The notes under the pieces: generated by a model
Seen by the model: the letters and a program-made list of their open reading frames with translations, nothing else
Told to the model about the DNA's origin: nothing
The model's database searches: none
Shown here: positions 37,064 to 45,341 of the stretch, in pieces
Layout: every line of letters starts with the position of its first letter
How positions within the stretch are numbered: the first letter of the stretch is position 1
Source: Chloroflexota bacterium
GTDB lineage: Bacteria; Chloroflexota; Anaerolineae; Anaerolineales; E44-bin32
Direction of reading: 5' to 3'
Assembly: GCA_022561385.1 (NCBI GenBank)
Contig: JADFRG010000004.1
Coordinates: 18,822-82,821, forward strand
DNA length: 64,000 nucleotides
Made by a program: the position numbers and the translations under genes

Positions 37064-37850
37064 ACGGATAAGCCTTCAGGAAAGTGTGGCACTGCTCCCG
37101 GAAAAGGACGCGGTTCTGGGCCTGGGCGGTGTGACCAACTATCGACGCCCCATGGCTTTCGCTCTCGCCATGCTGGCTGATCCTCCGGCTCGCACTTTCA
37201 CTCTGCTCTCATTCACGGCCGGCCTAGAGAGCGATATTCTCGTTGGGGCAGGCCTGCTGTCGCATGTCAGAACCTGCTACTTTGGATTGGAGGCATTCGG
37301 GCTGGCCCCGAATTTCACGCGGGCCGCCTCCGAGGGCGCCCTGGAAATAATCGAGGAGAGCGAGGCCAGCCTGGCGCTCGGGCTGCGCGCCACACTTTCC
37401 GGGGTTGGCTTCATGCCTTCTCGGGCCTGGCAGGGTACGGACCTCCTGAAACTCCGGCCTGACGTGAAGGAAGTGCTGGACCCTTATACCGGAGCCAGGT
37501 TGACCGCCTTCCCCGCCGTGCGATGTGACCTCGCGGTCATTCATGCGTTGAAGGCCGATGTTATGGGAAACGCAGATATCGGACAGAATTGGGGGGTAGA
37601 TCGAGAGCTGGCCTACGCGGCCGATCAAGTTCTAATTACCGCCGAGGAGGTCCTGCCGCGGCTCGATCGGGCGGACATTGACGGTTCGGTTGTGACCGCC
37701 GTCGTAGAGGCTCCGCGGGGCGCCTGGCCTACGTCATGTTATCCAAACTACCCGCTGGACGGACGTGAAATACTGCAGTACGTGGAGGCCGCCGGCTCAG
37801 AGTCGTATGATCTGCTGCTCCGTTCTTGGGCCGATCGCCACCTCAACTAG
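37056..37850 (+). CDS. Family I CoA-transferase subunit A (glutaconate CoA-transferase GctA-like)
   Basis: GLGG..RRPMAF, GLRA..GVGFMP, GTDL..PYTG, IHALKAD..GNA and GAWPTSCYP-x-Y. Confidence 0.85.
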   Translation: MDKRISLQESVALLPEKDAVLGLGGVTNYRRPMAFALAMLADPPARTFTLLSFTAGLESDILVGAGLLSHVRTCYFGLEAFGLAPNFTRAASEGALEIIEESEASLALGLRATLSGVGFMPSRAWQGTDLLKLRPDVKEVLDPYTGARLTAFPAVRCDLAVIHALKADVMGNADIGQNWGVDRELAYAADQVLITAEEVLPRLDRADIDGSVVTAVVEAPRGAWPTSCYPNYPLDGREILQYVEAAGSESYDLLLRSWADRHLN

Positions 37851-37947
37851 GCTCCATTCCGCATTGCATCCTTCCCCGATATTGTTCATGCTTCTCTTAT
37901 GATCCTATGATATTTTCGCCACGCTCGTCGGCAGCAGGAGCGTTCGC

Positions 37948-39219
37948 ATGAAATCAAACGCCTGGAAAATCATCCTGATACTGGCCCTGGCAATCGGGCT
38001 AACCGGACTGGCATTTACCTCCGGAGTCGCACTCGGCTACGTGGCGCCGCGGTTTTTTACCGATTCAGGAGAGGCTCCTCCGCTTGAGCTCGCTTTTCCT
38101 CAAATCGCCTCCGGAGATGATATTGCGCCGGATAATAAGGCGGATCGTCAAGAGCTGATCGCGCCCTTCTGGGAAGCCTGGGACATTCTGCAAAATCAAT
38201 ATGTCGACCAGCCGCTTGACGATAATACGCTCATGCGGGGCGCGATACGCGGCCTGGTGGATTCGCTTGAGGATCCGCATACCTCCTACATGGATCCGGA
38301 TGAGTACCTGCAGGCCAACCTTCCGCTTAACGGCGAGTATGAAGGGATCGGCGCCTGGGTGGATTCGGAAGCCGAATACCTGACGATCATTGCCACCATG
38401 CCTGGATCTCCGGCTGAGGCGGCCGGGCTAAAGTCCGGAGATTGGGTGGTGGCGGTGGACGGCGAGGACGTCACGGGTATGGACCCGAGTCTGGTGATCC
38501 GCCGAGTTTTGGGCCCGGCCGGAACCTCGGTCAGGCTCAGCATCCGGCGTGAAGGGCTTCCGAGCCCGTTCGAAGTCGAAATCATTCGCCAGAAAATTGA
38601 TCTCCCAAGCGTTGAGAGTGAGATGCTCGAAGACAATATCGCTTATGTGCGTCTCCTGACCTTCGGTGCAGACACCGCGGGCGATCTCAAGCGTGCGCTC
38701 AAGGAATTGCTGAGAGAAGATCCGGTGGGCTTGATTCTGGATCTGCGCGGGAATGGAGGAGGCTTCCTAAACTCGGCGGTGGATGTCGCCTCCGAATTTA
38801 TTCCAGAGGGTGTCATTCTGATCGAACGACTTGGGGATGGTGAGGAGAAGATCTACCAGGCCAGATCCCGTGGTAGTGCAACCGAAATTGAGTTGGTGGT
38901 CCTGATCAACGGAGGCACGGCCTCTGCCTCTGAGATCGTGGCCGGCGCCATTCAGGATCACGCACGCGGCACGGTGGTCGGCGAAACTTCATTCGGCAAA
39001 GGTTCCGTACAGAACTGGGTGGAGCTGGCCGACAACGAAGGTGCGATCCGCGTCACGATTGCCCGTTGGTATACTCCCGATGACCGGCTCATCCACGGCA
39101 TCGGTTTGAGTCCAGACGTTGAGGTTCTGATCCCCGAATCCGGCCTCGATGAGGGGGAGGACCCACAGCTGGATCAGGCCATCGAAATTCTGTTGGGTGA
39201 GGCAGTCCCGAACCGCTAG
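37948..39219 (+). CDS. ctpA: S41 family carboxy-terminal processing protease with PDZ domain
   Basis: LEDPHTSY, YEGIGA, DLRGNGGG, TASASEI and FGKGSVQ. Confidence 0.9.
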   Translation: MKSNAWKIILILALAIGLTGLAFTSGVALGYVAPRFFTDSGEAPPLELAFPQIASGDDIAPDNKADRQELIAPFWEAWDILQNQYVDQPLDDNTLMRGAIRGLVDSLEDPHTSYMDPDEYLQANLPLNGEYEGIGAWVDSEAEYLTIIATMPGSPAEAAGLKSGDWVVAVDGEDVTGMDPSLVIRRVLGPAGTSVRLSIRREGLPSPFEVEIIRQKIDLPSVESEMLEDNIAYVRLLTFGADTAGDLKRALKELLREDPVGLILDLRGNGGGFLNSAVDVASEFIPEGVILIERLGDGEEKIYQARSRGSATEIELVVLINGGTASASEIVAGAIQDHARGTVVGETSFGKGSVQNWVELADNEGAIRVTIARWYTPDDRLIHGIGLSPDVEVLIPESGLDEGEDPQLDQAIEILLGEAVPNR

Positions 39220-39252
39220 GCTCCCCTAGGACCAAACAGAGAGGGGGTTCGC

Positions 39253-40605
39253 GTGGATCCCTCACAAATTGAGCTTGCGCTGGCGCGCATTCGAACTGCG
39301 CTGGAAGCCGGCGAAGTTCAGGCCGCAATCGATAGCCTGACCGATCTGCATCCCGTGGATCGGGCGGACGCCTTTTCAGATCTCGACCAAAAAGATCAGG
39401 CGGCCCTTTTGCCTCGGCTGGACCTGAAAGCAACCGCCGATTTGTTGGAGCAGTTGGAAGACGAGCAAGCCGCGGCGGTAGCCGAAACGTTTGATTCGGA
39501 ACAGCTTGCCGACGTACTGGATGAAATGGAGCCGGACGAGGCGGCGGATGTGCTCGGTGACTTGCCTGCCAAGCGGGCGGAAGAGGCGCTGGCCGAAATG
39601 GAAGAGGCCGGGAACGTGCTCCCGCTGTTGCACTTCGCGGATAAAACGGCAGGGGGTCTGATGACAACCTCCTTCATCGCGGTTCCCAAGGGAACGACAG
39701 CTCTTGAAGCGATTGAGGTCCTTCGTCGTGTGGAGCCCAGTCCAGGGACGCCCTATTATCTTTACGTGGAGGATGAGGCCGCCCGATTGGTCGGTATCCT
39801 GGGATTGCGCGAGCTTGTCATCGCTACGCCCGATACTCGAATCGAAACCATCATGGAGCCAGAGGTGATCTTCGCGCATACCGAAGAAGACCAAGAGCAG
39901 GTCGCCTTACGTATGGCGCGCTACGACCTTGCCGCGGTGCCGGTGATAGATGATCGAGGGGTGGTGGTCGGAGTTATCACCCACGACGATGTGATGGATG
40001 TGGTCGAGGAGGAGGCCACCGAAGACATCTACCGGTTGGCCAACGTCCCAGACCCATACCTTTCAATTTACAGCCCGATCCGGCTGGCAATCAGGAAGCG
40101 GATTCCATGGTTATACCTGAGTGCGGCGACTGCGCTTTTTGCGGCGTGGGTCATATCAAACTTCGAAGTGCTTATCGCGGAGGTAGCATTCCTTGCCGTC
40201 TTCCTCTCCGTAGTGGCAGGCCTGGGCGGCAACACGGCCACCCAAAGCTTGGCAATGATCGTTCGCGCACTAGCCCTCGGAGAAATTGATCGGCGCCACG
40301 CTTGGCGCACCGTGCTCAAGGAAGGCGTGACAGGTCTTGTCGCGGGCGTGCTCGTGGGGACGGTTGTCGGATTGTCGGTCTGGCTCTGGAAAGGGAATCC
40401 GGTGCTGGGCCTGGTTTTGGGTGTGGCGCTGGTCGGCAATATGCTTGTTGCAGGATTCGTTGGTGCGCTCGTTCCCCTTTCGCTCAGGGCTCTGGGGCTC
40501 GACCCCGCCCTGGCTTCTTCGGTTTTGGTGACCACCGTGACCGACAGCGTCGGCTTTGCCCTATTTCTGACGTTGTCCGCCCTGGCACTTTCCTATCTCC
40601 GATGA
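39253..40605 (+). CDS. mgtE: Magnesium transporter MgtE
   Basis: Acidic helical N-domain, CBS pair (TAGGLMT, AVPVID), GGNTATQ and DPALASSVLVTTVTD. Confidence 0.95.
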   Translation: MDPSQIELALARIRTALEAGEVQAAIDSLTDLHPVDRADAFSDLDQKDQAALLPRLDLKATADLLEQLEDEQAAAVAETFDSEQLADVLDEMEPDEAADVLGDLPAKRAEEALAEMEEAGNVLPLLHFADKTAGGLMTTSFIAVPKGTTALEAIEVLRRVEPSPGTPYYLYVEDEAARLVGILGLRELVIATPDTRIETIMEPEVIFAHTEEDQEQVALRMARYDLAAVPVIDDRGVVVGVITHDDVMDVVEEEATEDIYRLANVPDPYLSIYSPIRLAIRKRIPWLYLSAATALFAAWVISNFEVLIAEVAFLAVFLSVVAGLGGNTATQSLAMIVRALALGEIDRRHAWRTVLKEGVTGLVAGVLVGTVVGLSVWLWKGNPVLGLVLGVALVGNMLVAGFVGALVPLSLRALGLDPALASSVLVTTVTDSVGFALFLTLSALALSYLR

Positions 40606-41258
40606 GCGTTTACCGCACCCTCCTAGGTCTATTTTTCCGCCACTTCTATTCAACACTCGCCTGGTCTTACGACCTCGTGGCCACCGTAGTGTCCGTAGGC
40701 CAGTGGACCGACTGGGTTCGATCGGTGCTGGATCCCCCCCCTGCCCGGCCCACCCTGGAGCTTGCGCACGGGCCCGGCCATCTGCTTCTGGCGGTCAATC
40801 GGCAGGGTGGACGAGCTTTCGGAGTGGACGCTTCTCGTCAAATGTGCCGCATGGCCATCCGCCGCTTGGAACAGGCGGGGCAGGAACCGAGAGTGGTACA
40901 GGCGTTGGCGCAGGCGCTGCCCTTCCCCGATCAAACCTTTGCCACGCTGCTCAGCACGTTTCCGACCGAATTCATTCTGGATCCAGCCTCTTTGCAGGAG
41001 GCAAATCGGATGCTCAGACCGGAGGGACAATACCGGATCGTGCCGATGGCAGAGATCATCGGCAACGGTTATCTGGATCGCGTGGCGGCCTGGCTTTTCC
41101 GCGTAACCGGCCAATACGCCGATCTGCCGCCATCATGGACCGACCCGATCTCGGAGGCAGGATTTCGCGTTCGCAGGGACGATGTCCTGTTGAGCCGCTC
41201 GAAAGTAATTCGACTCATTGCGTCGAGGGCGGAGAATAAGGAAAGCCAAGCTGCCTGA
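40602..41258 (+). CDS. Class I SAM-dependent methyltransferase
   Basis: LELAHGPGHL, GVDASRQM and AQALPFPDQTF; ATGA overlap with the mgtE stop. Confidence 0.8.
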   Translation: MSVYRTLLGLFFRHFYSTLAWSYDLVATVVSVGQWTDWVRSVLDPPPARPTLELAHGPGHLLLAVNRQGGRAFGVDASRQMCRMAIRRLEQAGQEPRVVQALAQALPFPDQTFATLLSTFPTEFILDPASLQEANRMLRPEGQYRIVPMAEIIGNGYLDRVAAWLFRVTGQYADLPPSWTDPISEAGFRVRRDDVLLSRSKVIRLIASRAENKESQAA

Positions 41259-41283
41259 GCTCAGCCAATCCGGCGATTTAGCG

Positions 41284-42024
41284 ATGCTTATCGAGAAAAA
41301 CGGTAAGCAGTTCATTATCCAGCTGGATCCCGATCAGCGGCTCCAGACCCACCGCGGCGTGTTGGAACACAGGGATCTAATTGGACTGGAGTGGGGACAA
41401 AAAGTATCGACCCATATGGGCCACGACTTCCTGATGCTGCAGCCCTCGATGCGCGACCTCCTTCTTCACACCAAGCGCCTGTCCCAAATCATCTACCCCA
41501 AAGAAATTGGCTACATACTCCTTCGCCTTTCCATTGGTCCCGGGACTCCGGTCGTCGAAGCCGGCACTGGATCGGGCGCGCTGACGACCGCGTTCGCCTG
41601 GGCAGTCGGGCCGCGGGGAACAGTTTATTCCTATGACCGGCGACAGGACATGCTGGAGCTCGCCGCCCGCAACCTGGAACGGGTCGGCCTGCGCGACCGA
41701 GTGGAGCTCAATCATCTTGATATTGAGGCCGGATTTTCAGAGCGGGGAATTGGATCCCTCTTTTTGGATCTCCCACACGCCCATCGCTATTTGCGACAAG
41801 CGCACGCGGCTATGGCGAACGGTGGAATTCTGGGCGTGATCCTGCCGACGGTCAATCAGGTAAGCCGCTTCTTGAGCGAACTGGAGGGCGCGCTCTTCGC
41901 TCTGCCCGAAGTGTGCGAAATCATGCTTCGCTTCTACAAGCCCAACCCGCAGCGCCTGCGCCCCACGGATCGTATGGTGGCTCATACCGGGTACCTGCTG
42001 TTTGCGCGCGCGGTAAGTGGTTAG
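41284..42024 (+). CDS. trmI: tRNA (adenine-58-N1)-methyltransferase (start uncertain)
   Basis: THRG, SQIIYPK, VEAGTGSGALT, FLDLP and MVAHTGYL. Confidence 0.9.
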   Translation: MLIEKNGKQFIIQLDPDQRLQTHRGVLEHRDLIGLEWGQKVSTHMGHDFLMLQPSMRDLLLHTKRLSQIIYPKEIGYILLRLSIGPGTPVVEAGTGSGALTTAFAWAVGPRGTVYSYDRRQDMLELAARNLERVGLRDRVELNHLDIEAGFSERGIGSLFLDLPHAHRYLRQAHAAMANGGILGVILPTVNQVSRFLSELEGALFALPEVCEIMLRFYKPNPQRLRPTDRMVAHTGYLLFARAVSG

Positions 42025-42610
42025 GCGCGTGGACGATCTCAGGGCCCGGCTGAGGCGCTCGCTCAGCGAATTAGATTCTAGGATCGAGACGGAGTGGGAC
42101 GCGATTCCCGCCGCGGTCCTGATACCTATTTATCAGGAAGAAGGGCATTGGAAATTGTTATTCACGCGCCGGACCGACTCCGTGGATGTACATGCCGGCC
42201 AGGTTTCATTTCCCGGGGGTCAGATCGAGGCCTCGGACGGTACGGCCATATCCGCCGCCCTTCGGGAGGCAGAGGAGGAAATAGGCCTGAATCCAGCCGA
42301 CGTGGATACGCTCGGACAGCTCAATCCGCTGTTCACGGTGACTCAGTTTTTGATCCATCCCGTGGTGGGTTTCTTCCCGTGGCCTTACTCCCTAACGCCC
42401 AACCCCTCGGAAGTTGCCCGAACCTTCGGAGTTCCGATCGATTGGTTGTCAGATCCCAAGAATCTCGAGGTCCGGGAGCGCCGACCCATGATTTCGGGAC
42501 CCAATGTTCGGGTCTACTATTTCAAGGAATTTGAGGGTGAGACGATCTGGGGAGTGACCGCAAGGATCACATTAAATTTCCTGCAATTGGTAAATGTTGA
42601 GAACCGGTAA
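42017..42610 (+). CDS. Nudix CoA pyrophosphatase
   Basis: AAVLIP, LFTRR..HAGQVSFPGG, ALREAEEEIG and IWGVTA. Confidence 0.9.
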   Translation: MVRRVDDLRARLRRSLSELDSRIETEWDAIPAAVLIPIYQEEGHWKLLFTRRTDSVDVHAGQVSFPGGQIEASDGTAISAALREAEEEIGLNPADVDTLGQLNPLFTVTQFLIHPVVGFFPWPYSLTPNPSEVARTFGVPIDWLSDPKNLEVRERRPMISGPNVRVYYFKEFEGETIWGVTARITLNFLQLVNVENR

Positions 42611-42692
42611 AGTCGAAGCTCGCCGATCAGATGTGTCGGCAACCCATTAACCAGGGTGGTAATTATGGTGCGGATATTGCCCGATTAGGGCC

Positions 42693-43379
42693 CTAGCTAG
42701 CTTCCTGAGACCCGGCCTCGGCCGCCGCATCAGCACCTTCACCTTCCTCTTCGTCTCCGGCCTCTTCCTCGCCCTCAAGCAGCTCTTCGAGCTCTTCCTC
42801 TTCGACCACTTCTTCGATAACTTCTTCGACCTGATAGATCGGGCGGGCGATCAGCTCTTCCGATTCGGTCAGCATGGTGACATTTTCGCCGATGAAGAGG
42901 TCCGCGACCGCTATCGAATCCTCGAGATTCTCGAGAATCTCAAGATTGACTGTGATGCGGTCCGGCAAGTCGGCCGGCAGCGCCTCGACCTCGACCGTCG
43001 TCACGCCGGTCAGCAGCACGACCCCTGCCGCCTCGGCCGCGGGTGCTTCACCGATCAGCTCAATCGGCACCACGGCTCGAATACGTATGTCCATGGCCAC
43101 CTTGAGAAAGTCTACATGCAGGTAGTTGCCACGAATGACGTCTCGCTGCGTTCCTCTCACCAGGACCGAGTGCAGCTCGTTATCAAGTTCAAGCTCGATC
43201 AAGGTCGAGCCACTGGCCCGCAAAAGCAAGCGTGAAGCTTCGCGCAGGTCGAGTTCGATGGGAACAGATTCGATTCCGGCCCCGTACAATACGCCGGGAA
43301 GTCGTCCATTTTGCCGTAGCGACTTAACTCGCTTTCTGATCAGCGTCCGTTTCTGAACCTTGAGCTTTGGAGTGTCCAT
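42693..43379 (-). CDS. rplY: 50S ribosomal protein L25/Ctc with acidic tail
   Basis: LR..GRLPGVLYG, LHVDF, VPIELIGE and EALPADLPD. Confidence 0.93.
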   Translation of the reverse strand: MDTPKLKVQKRTLIRKRVKSLRQNGRLPGVLYGAGIESVPIELDLREASRLLLRASGSTLIELELDNELHSVLVRGTQRDVIRGNYLHVDFLKVAMDIRIRAVVPIELIGEAPAAEAAGVVLLTGVTTVEVEALPADLPDRITVNLEILENLEDSIAVADLFIGENVTMLTESEELIARPIYQVEEVIEEVVEEEELEELLEGEEEAGDEEEGEGADAAAEAGSQEAS

Positions 43380-43395
43380 CGATTGCTCCCGAATT

Positions 43396-43866
43396 CTAGG
43401 TGCGCCTGCGCAATAGCCGACCCAAAAGCAAGAATATTCCGCCCGTTACGCCCGCCGCCACGCCTGCCAACAGCGCCCCGCGCGTGTCGAGGTAGGTTTG
43501 CACATCCCCATGCACCTCCCGAGCCACGAAGATCAAGCTGGGACTGTTGCTGACATATACCTCTCGCCCAACGACCAGGCCGGTCCTTGAATCCTCAAGC
43601 TGGGCCGTATCAGCAAGCGCCAGTCCGGTGGCGGACCCCAGAAACGTAATTTGGTCTCCACGTACGGCTACCGCGCCCGATTGATGCATGTCGATTCTGC
43701 CGCCCTGCACGTTCCAGGCGCCGCCCTGATGCATTTCGATATGGTTGCCTGAGATGGATCGGGCTCCCCCCCGGGTGATTCGGATTTCCTCCGCCTCCAC
43801 GTAATCGACCCTTCCCCCGTCGATGTTGATCGTTTCAGCGTCGATGCGCTCAACGTCCTTTTCCAT
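43396..43866 (-). CDS. Hypothetical 15-residue-repeat (beta-solenoid-like) protein with C-terminal TM anchor
   Basis: AGGAG SD before ATG 43866; periodic repeats; hydrophobic C-terminus plus RRR. Confidence 0.7.
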   Translation of the reverse strand: MEKDVERIDAETINIDGGRVDYVEAEEIRITRGGARSISGNHIEMHQGGAWNVQGGRIDMHQSGAVAVRGDQITFLGSATGLALADTAQLEDSRTGLVVGREVYVSNSPSLIFVAREVHGDVQTYLDTRGALLAGVAAGVTGGIFLLLGRLLRRRT

Positions 43867-43986
43867 CCCGCTCCTTTTCCGCCTCCACGTCTTCCGCCTC
43901 ACGTCACGTAGCTGCTGCGGCGTGTGGGCCGGCACTTAGCAGCAAAAATGGGCTGCCCATGGATCGAGGGTGCCCAACGCTCGGCG

Positions 43987-44015
43987 ATTCTAACGGGGAA
44001 GGGTAGCGGCGTCAA
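43987..44015 (-). promoter_or_regulatory. sigma70 promoter for the repeat protein-rplY unit
   Basis: TTGACG-17 bp-TAGAAT. Confidence 0.65.
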
Positions 44016-44107
44016 CATGATAAACTCGTCAGTTGCCTTGTGCTTATTGGGCTCAAGCAATATGGAAGTTCTCGATTGTTAATCTTGCGCCTGCCCGTGG
44101 GCAAAGA

Positions 44108-44770
44108 ATGTTAATTTCGAGAAGCCTCATGGTGGCCTGGCTCTCGGCCTCCACCCTTTTGTTGCCGCTAAGACAGGTCCCTGGATTTGCCGAAATTACA
44201 GATCCCGGAGAAGGCCAGTCCGTGACCGGAATCGTCACCGTTTTTGGCACCGCCAGCCACCCTGCCTTTGAGAGCTTTGAACTGGCCTTCAGCTTCGATC
44301 CGGATCCTACTGACACCTGGTTTCCGATCGGCGAGGCGTTGAGTACTACCGTCCTCGACGGACGACTTGCAATATGGGATACAACCGGGGTCACCGACGG
44401 AAATTACCGGCTCCGGTTGCGAGTCAATGTCGAGGGTTTTGCTCCATTTGAAGACGTGATCGAGGGGATCAGAATTAGGAATTACACACCTACGGAAACT
44501 CCGCCCCCGGAAACCTTGACCGCACGGCCGACTGCGGCAGCAACGCTCATCGCCGCCCCTCTGAAGGAGGAACCGGCCGTTCCCGAGCCGTCTGATCGGT
44601 TTTCGATCGCGCTCAGGGCAGGCATTTTTTCGGGTCTCGCACTTATGTTATTTACCGCCGCCTATGTAGCCCTGGCGCCGAAGGTGCGCGCCTATACCGG
44701 CTACTTGCGCATCCGGCGGCTGCATCAGCGACAGGACCGAGCCCGCCAACGAGGCCGTAGGCGTGAGTGA
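44108..44770 (+). CDS. Hypothetical exported Ig-like protein with C-terminal TM helix
   Basis: Signal-like N-terminus, ITDP..G..V.G.V.V.GTA, WDTT..DG.Y.LRL, P/T linker, TM plus basic tail. Confidence 0.7.
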   Translation: MLISRSLMVAWLSASTLLLPLRQVPGFAEITDPGEGQSVTGIVTVFGTASHPAFESFELAFSFDPDPTDTWFPIGEALSTTVLDGRLAIWDTTGVTDGNYRLRLRVNVEGFAPFEDVIEGIRIRNYTPTETPPPETLTARPTAAATLIAAPLKEEPAVPEPSDRFSIALRAGIFSGLALMLFTAAYVALAPKVRAYTGYLRIRRLHQRQDRARQRGRRRE

Positions 44771-45341
44771 TTACCTGATTGTCGGCTTGGGCAATCCCGG
44801 CCGGCACTATCGCGGCAACCGGCACAACGCGGGGTATATGTTGATTGACCGCCTGCTGGAGGCCTATGGTACATCGCTGAACAGAAGTCTGGCGGAAGCG
44901 TTGGTTGCCGTAATTAAAGATGGAGATCACACATTGGTGCTTGCTAAACCCCAGACCTACGTTAATGAATCGGGGCGCACGGTGGCCTCCCTGTTGCGTG
45001 CTTTCGGCCTTGAGTTGCCAAGTGTTCTGGTCGCCTTCGACGAACTGGATCTTCAGCTAGGAACGCTTCGAATGCGCCCCGCAGGTGGCTCCTCGGGACA
45101 TCGAGGGATGCGATCGATCATAAATCATTTGGGGAGTCAGGAATTTCCCCGACTGCGCATCGGTATTGGGAGACCCCCCGGCCGGCGTCCGGCGGCGGAC
45201 CACGTGCTTTCTAACTTTGGTAAGGGGGAGCGGTCGATCCTGGCCGGCGTTCTGGAACGAGCGGTTTCCTGTGTACAACAGTATTTTGAATACGACATCC
45301 AAATCGCGATGACGGCATGCAACCGGCCTGAGGAATCGTGA
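44763..45341 (+). CDS. pth: Peptidyl-tRNA hydrolase
   Basis: LIVGLGNPG..RHNAG, KPQTYVNESG, GHRGMRS and RLRIGIGRP. Confidence 0.97.
   Translation: MSDYLIVGLGNPGRHYRGNRHNAGYMLIDRLLEAYGTSLNRSLAEALVAVIKDGDHTLVLAKPQTYVNESGRTVASLLRAFGLELPSVLVAFDELDLQLGTLRMRPAGGSSGHRGMRSIINHLGSQEFPRLRIGIGRPPGRRPAADHVLSNFGKGERSILAGVLERAVSCVQQYFEYDIQIAMTACNRPEES

Noticed and set aside
39220-39252. Mg-sensing riboswitch before mgtE
   Set aside because: Only 33 nt separate it from ctpA
43930-43980. c-di-GMP-II riboswitch (GGGCAC..AGTGC resemblance)
   Set aside because: Other conserved elements of the motif were not found
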